This document shows, one piece after another, positions 22,301 through 29,521 of a stretch of DNA of 29,521 nt. The first letter of the stretch is position 1; each line of letters starts with the position of its first letter. The notes under the pieces are model-generated. The model was not told where the DNA came from, made no database searches, and was given only the letters and a program-made list of their open reading frames with translations. The translations under genes were made by a program, and so were the position numbers. The stretch is from a bacterium (GTDB taxonomy: Bacteria > SAR324 > NAC60-12), in contig CBDDTI010000106.1 in the NCBI GenBank assembly GCA_965233585.1, positions 1 to 29,521 of the forward strand, in the 5' to 3' direction.

Positions 22301-23961
22301 GCTCGAATTTTGGCCAGACGAACGATCTCCGTTGCCCGAATTCTGGCGGCAATAGACCTGTCGTCGGCGGGGAGTCTGATGGGAATGGGGGCCTCGATGG
22401 GAACGTCGGTGGGGATCTCGATGGGGGGAACTCGATCGATGCGCCTCGGTGGGGAACTCGGTGGGGGCCTCGATGGGCACCTCGATGGGGACGGGGACCT
22501 CAATTGGCACCTCGGTGGGGACGTTGGTGGGAATCTCGGTGGTGGGGAACTCGATGAGAAACTCGGTGGGGGCCTCGATGAGCATCTCGATGGGGGACTC
22601 GGTGGGAGCTTCGATGAGCGCCTCGACGGGGACGGGGACCTCAGTGGACACTTCGGTGGGGAGGTCGACAAGAATGCCGGTGGGGACGTCGGGCTCAATA
22701 AAGTTTTCATTTTGAAAGCCTCGGACAGCGCGACCGCCGCCGCCACCGTTGGCGGCGAGCACAGCAACGCCAACGGAGAGTGCAACGGCAGCGGCGCTAG
22801 CGGTGGCGGCGGCGGCGGCAGCGGACGGCGGAGCATCAAAAATGTCGGCCACGGCCGACCGGATCCGCCGGATCAGGCCCGGTCTCCGGTTCTTCTTCTT
22901 CTCCTCCTCCTTCTTCTCCACCGCCAAAAGCGGCTCTCCATCCTCCTCCCTTAACCTCCTGTACCCTCTCCTCATCTCCATCATCATCATTTTTCCTTGC
23001 TCTTCTTCTTCCTCTTCTTCCTGGTCTAAAGTTTGTTTTGAAAATTGCCACATGGTTTTGGGAAGTTTTTAAAAAATGAATCTCCAAACTCCTACACACT
23101 TTATAATGAATTTTTATAAAAATGTTGTATTCTTTATAAAATATTAATTTTATTTTATATTTTTCAGAAAATGTTCGAAATTACATCGAAGTGGTCCTTT
23201 GTGGAGATGAAAAAAGTCTGAGGAAAGCCAGTCTTGGTCAACACATCAACAATTTTCAAATCATTAATGAGAATTTGGTGGCTGTCAACAAGAAGCCGGC
23301 AATGATAGAGCTTAAGAAGCCTTTAGCCGTCGGATTTTCCATTTTGGAGTTGTCCAAGTTGTTTATGTACAGATCATACTATGACACCATTCAAAAACAT
23401 TTCGGCAAAGACAATGTATCTTTGTGTTTTTCGGACACGGATTCTTTTCTTTTAAAAGTTAAATGCAACAATTTGGAAAGGGAAATGAAGAGATTGAAAC
23501 ACATGTTTGATTTTTCAAAGTACCCTAAACAACATCCACTTTTTGACGACAGTAAAGCCAATCAACTTTTTTATTTTAAAGATGAATTAAAAGGTAGAGC
23601 GGCTATTACTGATTTTATAGGCTTACGTCCAAAATGTTATTCTATGAAAATAGCCGATTTTTTGGACAAAAACAAAACTGATGAGAAAAAAGTATGCAAA
23701 GGTTTAAAAAAATCTAGTATAAAAAAGCAATTAACTTATGCAGATTACAAAAAGTGCTTAAAGCAAACTGTTGTAATTTACAAATCTTTTAAAAATTTAA
23801 GATCAAAGAATCACAAAATCCGAACGTGTTTTCAAAGAAAAATTGCGTTGTCGGCAATGGATTCCAAAAGATATGTTTTAAATTGCGGATGTCACACTTT
23901 ATCGCTAGGAAATTGTCTTATTGTTAACAACAAAATGTCTAAATGTCAAATTTGTAAATAA
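19306..23961 (+). CDS. polB: Protein-primed DNA polymerase B, 6 exons (19306-20498, 20559-21115, 21183-21431, 21490-21665, 21724-22090, 23168-23961), 1111 aa
   Basis: Splicing restores HNAQG|YD (ExoII), YLG|IPGLSFD, YID|ANNLYG (motif A), HP|THDQFPLAP and KLFANSTFGKFI|ENVR (motif B). ExoI DFES, ExoIII YCSLD, DTDS and RPKCYS are intact. EndoVII-like insert CHIC..DHDH..H..CN. Exon total 3336 nt, in frame. Confidence 0.93.
22129..23053 (-). CDS. Nested antisense gene in pPolB intron 5: acidic protein with a hydrophobic segment and P(T/I)E(V/A/F) repeats; frameshift near 22440
   Basis: ORF 23053-22280 and the C-terminal part of ORF 22839-22129 continue the same PTE/PIE repeat across a frameshift. 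Minus-strand TATAAAG (~23105-23099) and TCATT (~23079-23075) lie upstream. Confidence 0.7.
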
Positions 23962-24027
23962 AAAATAATTAAATCATTACTTTTATTTAAAAGAAAATTT
24001 TGTAATTTCTTTTTTAAAATTAATAAA

Positions 24028-24723
24028 ATGAACGGTTTTGATTTGAGGTTTAATATTCCGTCCAACATGTTGGTTGTCGGTCCAACATCAAGCGGAAAAA
24101 CAACGTGGCTAAAACATTTAGTGCTTCGTCGGCACGAATATTTTGCAACTCCGCCTGAAACAATGTTGTTGTTTTACAAGGAACCGCAAAAAGCATATCA
24201 GTACATGGAAGACGACATGAATGAGGGCAGAGGTTCTGACACACAATTTCCGTCTTTTCGTAAATTCAAAAATATTCCAAATTCAATTGAAGAGTTGAAA
24301 GATATTTTAGAATTATATCCGAGAAAAATGCCCAAATTGATTGTTTTTGACGATTATTTAGACGATGTTGGGCAAATATTAAAACATTTTTTTACGGTTT
24401 TGACCCATCATTACAATTGTTTCACCGTTTTTCTTTGTCAAAATTTATTTGACAAAAAAGGCGATTTACGGACATTAAGCATAAATACGCAATACATGAT
24501 CCTTTTTAACAATCCGCGGGACAGAAGCGCCGTTGCACATTTGGCAAAACAAATTTTTCCCGGTCGTGTTGGAATCTTAAATAAAGCATATAGAGAAGCA
24601 GTTAACGGTCGAAGTCACGGATATCTTCTTCTAGATTTCCATCAACAGCAAGACGATAAAGTCAGAATTCGAAGTAACATCTTTCCTTATGAAGGATTAA
24701 TGAAAGCCTACGTTACTGTTTAA
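24028..24723 (+). CDS. A32-like (FtsK-HerA superfamily) genome packaging ATPase
   Basis: Walker A GPTSSGKT, Walker B LIVFDD, HHYN..FLCQN and GYLLLD motifs; 231 aa. Confidence 0.92.
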   Translation: MNGFDLRFNIPSNMLVVGPTSSGKTTWLKHLVLRRHEYFATPPETMLLFYKEPQKAYQYMEDDMNEGRGSDTQFPSFRKFKNIPNSIEELKDILELYPRKMPKLIVFDDYLDDVGQILKHFFTVLTHHYNCFTVFLCQNLFDKKGDLRTLSINTQYMILFNNPRDRSAVAHLAKQIFPGRVGILNKAYREAVNGRSHGYLLLDFHQQQDDKVRIRSNIFPYEGLMKAYVTV

Positions 24724-24770
24724 AAAATTTCATATCTATTTAAGAAAAATTAAAAATAATTACTGTTAAA

Positions 24771-25145
24771 ATGTCAAAAAAATTAGAAAAAGCTAGTTCG
24801 CTTTTTAATGCAATAAAAAAATTAAAACATCAAGATTGTGCTAATTTTTTAAATTATTTGGACGATCGCGGCGTTGAATTGCTTTGTCGTATTTTACATT
24901 ACGTTTTGAACGGCGAATTGCCCTTACATGGCGAAGTGCGAACACGACTTCAGAAAAAAATAAGAGCTCATTTAGGGGAGTTCAGACGTCTTGCCACGCC
25001 GCCTCGTCGCTCTTCCGACATTTTGAAAAAAAGAACAATACTACAAAGGGGCGGAATTTTAGGAACTTTATCGGCAATTGCCAGCATTATCGTCCCTATT
25101 TTAGCTCAAATTATTGCAAAAAAGAGCTTGCAACGTCGTCGTTAA
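24771..25145 (+). CDS. Basic virion protein with an adenain-type GG cleavage site and C-terminal amphipathic helix (adintovirus 'cupiennin'-like)
   Basis: LQRGG|ILGTLSAIASIIVPILAQII; located directly after the ATPase. Confidence 0.75.
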   Translation: MSKKLEKASSLFNAIKKLKHQDCANFLNYLDDRGVELLCRILHYVLNGELPLHGEVRTRLQKKIRAHLGEFRRLATPPRRSSDILKKRTILQRGGILGTLSAIASIIVPILAQIIAKKSLQRRR

Positions 25146-25148
25146 AGG

Positions 25149-25994
25149 ATGAGTTCAGGTGTGAAAAGAAAAACAAATGATGAAATATACTCCATGTTTT
25201 TAGTCCCCAAAAGGCTATATCATTCTTTAATAAAAAATATAGAAGATAATGAAACAAAAAAAGAACTTATTTCTATGAATGAAAAACCAAATACGTCCAA
25301 TTACATCGAAAATGCCATTAATTTTAAAAATTTACAAGACAGGCAAAAAATGAATCAAAGCGGTGATAAATTGTACCGTTTTGGTTCTGATAATATATCA
25401 AATGTTATGCCGCCAGTACAAGTCGATAGCAGTACGGGTCGTACGTATCAATCTATTTCAAGATCAACAACCGCTCAAACTCCCCAACAAAAAGAAAATA
25501 CCGCTCAGTTTTTGCCCACTACTCCCATTATGGAAAGGGAACCCGATCCAGACTTGTTTTATACCGCTTCAAGACCAAAAAGCAAAGACGATACTTCAAC
25601 TCCTGACGTGCCAGAATGGTGAAATTTGCCTGTTATAAAGGCATTGACACAAAAAAATTCAGACGGCAAAATATTTTGTCCTTTCACCGCATGCGGGAAG
25701 CAGTATGTTGACGATGCGCAATTCGGCAAACACCTTGTAAGAGATCATATGAAAGAATTGTCTATATTTGACACAGAAAAAATTGGTAAAGATATAGCCT
25801 CGGTCTCTTCACAAGCATCAAAATCCCCTTCAGCTTCAATGTCATCCCTCAAAACAGGATCAGGAGGTGCGAAAAAGAAAACTTTTACTATTTCTCCCGT
25901 ACAAACTAGATCTAAATCAAAAAAACTTTCAACAACTGATGCAGATGCTGTTAAAAAAAAATTACTTTTTCCGGGAAAATACCCAAAATTATAA
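25149..25994 (+). pseudogene. Polinton protein with a C2H2 finger, interrupted by one in-frame TGA (25620-25622)
   Basis: ORFs 25149-25622 and 25626-25994 share a frame. N-terminal MFLVP motif; finger CPFTAC..H..H. Confidence 0.6.
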
Positions 25995-26132
25995 TGAAAG
26001 TAAAATATATATCATCGTTTATTTTCAAGTTTTTTTATAAAATGAGTTACAATTTCATCATTTTTTATTTTGGGTTTTTTTACAAATATTTTAACAAATT
26101 GTTGAGGAGACATTAAATTGTTGCCCACGGAT

Positions 26133-26468
26133 TGTTACGGTCATCTATCTATCTATATATTATCATACATCTTTGTACATAGCTATCCACCGCGCTCGTC
26201 ATCATACAGAAATATATTCACTCGCTTGTTAGCTCACATGGAGTCATGAACAGGATTTTCTCGAACTTGATTTCTGGACTTGATTTCGAGGAAGGATGCC
26301 TGGTCAAGTCCTGGCAAGTCCATCAGCTTCAAGCGCAGTCCCTGGGACCATTCTAAGTGAATCCAGGTACACCGGGAAGGCAACAGTCGCCTTCCAATTC
26401 GTCAAGGCCAGAAGAGGGGGAGTTTCCCGTGAGAAACGGCGCCCCGGCCTTTCCACCCTCGATGGAGC
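26133..26468 (+). mobile_element. 5' LTR (26133-26238), PBS and leader of a truncated Gypsy element
   Basis: TGTTACGGTC...CTCACA is followed directly by TGGAGTCATGAACAGGAT (PBS-like, resembling a tRNA-Leu complement). Confidence 0.75.
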
Positions 26469-29255
26469 TCAGACAATTGCTGTCAGCTCTAGCTCAAGTG
26501 TGGAATAATTTTTCTCCGCTGGTGACAGAGAACGGGAGCCACACTGAATAACCTTTGTCTTTTCCCCTGAGTGTTGCATGAGGACGAATCCAAGGCCGTG
26601 CAACCGGGAGGCATCAGTGATCAGCCTTGTGTTCCATGTTGGGTCAAAGTGGTTGAGGGCCAGGGCTTCGAGAAGATTTGTTTTTAGTTGATCGAAAGCT
26701 GTCTGATGATCTTCTAACCAAAGGTAGGCAGTGTCCTTTCGAAGCAGAGTTTGGAGGATGCTGGTGTGTTTTGCCAGCCCAGGGTGGTATGCGGATAGCT
26801 GGTTGACCATGCCAAGAAAGCTACGGAGCTCAGATACTGATCTCGGGGCCGGGAAGTCCCTTATTCCTTGCAAATACTCAGGGTTAGGCTGCACACCGTT
26901 TTGACTGACAATTTGTCCTGCGAACTCAACTGATTCTCCAATCTCCAGTTTTTTCCTGGACAGGGTGAAGTTGTGCGATCGGCACCTTGCCAATAGTTGA
27001 TCTATACGGTGTCGAAGAGTGTCTATGTCCGGGGCTTGTATGAGGATGTCATCGACCAACTTTCTGATTCCGGGAAGGCCTTCGATGACCTTGTCTGATC
27101 GGCGACAGAACTCATCACTAGAACAAGATAGGCCCATGGGGGCTCTCAGAAAGCGGAAGCGTCCTGAGGGGAGGAGGAAAGTTGTTAGCTTTGAGCTCTC
27201 TTCATCGAGAGGCACCTGATGATATCCCTGGGTTGCATCTAACTTGGCAAAAACTCTAGAATCCGGATCTATGCCTGACAAGATCTCTTGGGTTGATGGG
27301 AAGGTGTGGATGGGCCTCTGGACGTACTTGTTTAGTTTCGTGTAGTCGATCACGAGACGAATATCCCCATTCTTTTTAGCAACGAAGAAGCCTGGAGCAC
27401 ACCACTCTGTTGGTTCCTCCTGTGGTGTGATTACCTTGCCATCAATGAGCTTCTTAATGATCTTCTCTGCCTTTTCTCTCCAGTGGAGTGGAATCTGGTG
27501 AGCAGTACTGATGCGAAAGGGTTTCTTTTCACCTGGGGTGAGATGGACTTTCATAGCTACACACCCTGTGTTCAAGGATGTCTGTGGTAAGTCGTCCGTG
27601 AGAACGGTTGGGTTGTCCTTGATCAGAGACTCTTTCATGCTTTTATATTTATTTTCTGAGAGAAGATAGACAGGCAGAGGGAATTGCTTTGATATAACCC
27701 CGAGTTTGCTAAGATCATCTCGTCCCACGATGATTTCATTCTTGATGGCATCTGTGATAACGGCCTTCGTTTCTGATACATGGTTGGATGATTTGAGGCG
27801 AATGCGAACCGTTCCTGCGGTGGGCACAGGATCCCCGCTGACATTGTAGTATTTGACAAATGAAGGAGATGTCGGCTTTATATTCTGTCTGGTGGCAAGA
27901 TCGGCCACGATCAGAGTGGCAGCGCTTCCTGTGTCTGGAAACGTGGAAAAGTTGAAAGATCCGTTTGCATGAGAGATGTTAAGCGTTAAACGATTTACCC
28001 ATGAATTGTCCGGATCTTCAGGAGTTTCTGTCACTGACATGACAGGCTTGCTCGAGCTGGGTTTTCCCTTCAGCGCAGATGAGCAGACCTTTGCAAGGTG
28101 GCCTTTGATGCCACAATGGTTGCAAGGCGTTCTGTTTTGCCATATAGCACAGTCCTGACGGGCGTGGTTACCACCGCAACCTTTGCATCGTTTCGGTTTC
28201 GATGGTTGCTTCTCTTTGGCGTTGGTTTGTTGTTTTCCTTCGGTTGGTTGGCTTGGTTGGCGGCCTCCCCCCTTATTGAGTGCCGCGACTGGAGCGGCCT
28301 TGCGGAGAGCAGCTTCTGCTTTTTGTTGGCGATCGTATTGGTCGATTGCCTCTTTGACGGCCGTGGCGTCCTTGCGTTTGAGATCAAAGATCTTTTCACG
28401 CAAGTGGGTGTCCTCGCAAGCGTCGATGAAGCGAAAGACTGTGAGGTCTTCTTTGGAAACGGCCTCGAGGTCGGCCATGTCGCCCAGTCTGGCGAGGCGA
28501 AGATAGAAGTCGCTGGCTGTCTCTCCCTGATCTCGGCGTACCTGGAAGAAATCCACACGTCTGTTGAAGACTGGGTACAGAGACTTGAACTCGGCCTCCA
28601 GCATATCGATACAGCCGGCAGGTCCGAAGATAGATGTTCCTGGGCATAGCTGACGCTCCAAGATCTCCTGCAGTGACTGGTCCAACGCCTGTAGGAAATA
28701 TCCCTGTTGGGTGGCTACCGGTTGCTGCTGTAAGTTACTGGCGTCGTAAAATCTCCTGAATGCTGCGACCCATAGCCTCATTTCACCAGGTGTGTTGGCC
28801 TTCATGAGCTGGGTCGGGAACAGAAGCTTACATGTGCTGATTTTTGGAGGATTGGGCTGGACGGATGATTGTCCGGATGTGGATGCGGCCCTTGCAGACT
28901 CTTGTGAGTGTTTTGACACATACTCGTTTAATTTTGTCAAGGCCTTGTCCTGTCTCTCCTCATGCAGTTTAAGAGATGTCTCGGCTGCCTCGTTTGCTGA
29001 TTCGTTGCCGGCCTCGGTCTCCAGATCGCTCCAGCGGTCGTGAAGCTCGACACAGAAGTCGAATGCGTCGGTGAGACGTTTCCGAGCGTCGGAGCAGGAT
29101 GCTGGTGTGTCGAAGACGAATTTCCTTTCAACCAGCTTATCGATGGCAGTGCACGCACGGGTGACGGCGCTCTTGGCCGATGGTATGCGTGCCCAGATGG
29201 CAGCCGAATCGTTCCAATTAACTTGATCCCTCCTGTCAGCCTTGGTTGTTGGAAG
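26469..29255 (-). CDS. Mag-like Ty3/Gypsy gag-pol in a single frame, truncated in RNase H, no integrase
   Basis: Zinc knuckles CKGCGGNHARQDC and CNHCGIKGHLAKVC, protease DTGS, RT (KLDATQGYHQ, PMGL, LVDD) and RNase H TDAS..ELE. The frame is open 105 codons upstream of 28940. Confidence 0.92.
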   Translation of the reverse strand, partial: LPTTKADRRDQVNWNDSAAIWARIPSAKSAVTRACTAIDKLVERKFVFDTPASCSDARKRLTDAFDFCVELHDRWSDLETEAGNESANEAAETSLKLHEERQDKALTKLNEYVSKHSQESARAASTSGQSSVQPNPPKISTCKLLFPTQLMKANTPGEMRLWVAAFRRFYDASNLQQQPVATQQGYFLQALDQSLQEILERQLCPGTSIFGPAGCIDMLEAEFKSLYPVFNRRVDFFQVRRDQGETASDFYLRLARLGDMADLEAVSKEDLTVFRFIDACEDTHLREKIFDLKRKDATAVKEAIDQYDRQQKAEAALRKAAPVAALNKGGGRQPSQPTEGKQQTNAKEKQPSKPKRCKGCGGNHARQDCAIWQNRTPCNHCGIKGHLAKVCSSALKGKPSSSKPVMSVTETPEDPDNSWVNRLTLNISHANGSFNFSTFPDTGSAATLIVADLATRQNIKPTSPSFVKYYNVSGDPVPTAGTVRIRLKSSNHVSETKAVITDAIKNEIIVGRDDLSKLGVISKQFPLPVYLLSENKYKSMKESLIKDNPTVLTDDLPQTSLNTGCVAMKVHLTPGEKKPFRISTAHQIPLHWREKAEKIIKKLIDGKVITPQEEPTEWCAPGFFVAKKNGDIRLVIDYTKLNKYVQRPIHTFPSTQEILSGIDPDSRVFAKLDATQGYHQVPLDEESSKLTTFLLPSGRFRFLRAPMGLSCSSDEFCRRSDKVIEGLPGIRKLVDDILIQAPDIDTLRHRIDQLLARCRSHNFTLSRKKLEIGESVEFAGQIVSQNGVQPNPEYLQGIRDFPAPRSVSELRSFLGMVNQLSAYHPGLAKHTSILQTLLRKDTAYLWLEDHQTAFDQLKTNLLEALALNHFDPTWNTRLITDASRLHGLGFVLMQHSGEKTKVIQCGSRSLSPAEKNYSTLELELTAIV

Positions 29256-29397
29256 TCAGATGTTTGTTTGAATGGCCGGGCGCCGTTCGTAACGGGAAAC
29301 TCCCCTCTTCAGGCCGGAAGTAAGTGTTAAGTGGATAAAGGCAGATGGCAATGGTTGCCGGCGTCAAATTGGGACTTCTAAAGGACAGGTTCGTAAA

Positions 29398-29514
29398 GCT
29401 GTAGTAGACGCCATGTCAAGTGCTATGCAACTGATATCTATATTTATCTATGAGTCATGAATATATACAATGATATATGATGGATGATGATAGATGGATA
29501 GATAGACCGTAACA
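29398..29514 (-). mobile_element. 5' LTR (29514-29414, 101 bp) and PBS of the minus-strand Gypsy element
   Basis: On the minus strand, TGTTACGGTC...TTGACA is followed directly by TGGCGTCTACTACAGC. Confidence 0.8.
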
Positions 29515-29521
29515 ATTTTTT

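Larger units (their letters stand above)
12506..26132 (+). mobile_element. Polinton/Maverick (adintovirus-like) element, left portion
   Basis: pPolB, A32-like ATPase, GG-cleavage amphipathic protein and a subterminal tandem repeat. Candidate terminus AGTAAT at 12511. Integrase, capsid and protease genes are not seen in the window. Boundaries are approximate. Confidence 0.88.

Noticed and set aside
22031..22954. 307-aa plus-strand Gly-rich ORF and other overlapping ORFs
   Set aside because: Most likely antisense shadows of the GC-rich PTE-repeat gene; composition switches at that gene's frameshift.
19300..23961. pPolB as a fragmented pseudogene
   Set aside because: Every break is bounded by GT-AG, and splicing restores frame and motifs exactly.
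26133..29514. One intact LTR element, or a DIRS element with inverted repeats
   Set aside because: The LTRs are inverted and mostly dissimilar, each has its own PBS, a protease is present, and there is no integrase, tyrosine recombinase or TSD.

Overview
Eukaryotic (probably invertebrate) repeat-rich DNA in three blocks. (1) 1-12505: tandem Harbinger-like MITEs, then an ~11.4 kb inverted repeat (arms ~1107-5013 and ~8602-12505). The arms contain internally rearranged palindromes, and the spacer holds decayed Ty3/Gypsy fragments. (2) ~12506-26132: the left part of a Polinton/Maverick (adintovirus-like) element. It has a 53-bp subterminal tandem repeat, spliced accessory genes, an A32-like packaging ATPase and a GG-cleavage amphipathic protein. 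Its protein-primed DNA polymerase B is split by five GT-AG introns, and the fifth (1077 nt) carries a nested antisense gene. The putative terminal-protein (GSGW) region is a separate ORF, and the vOTU-like catalytic Cys appears lost. (3) 26133-29514: two related Mag-like Gypsy elements in opposite orientation, each keeping only its 5' part, joined without a target-site duplication and sharing a conserved 5'-leader stem-loop. All calls come from manual reading; no database searches were run.
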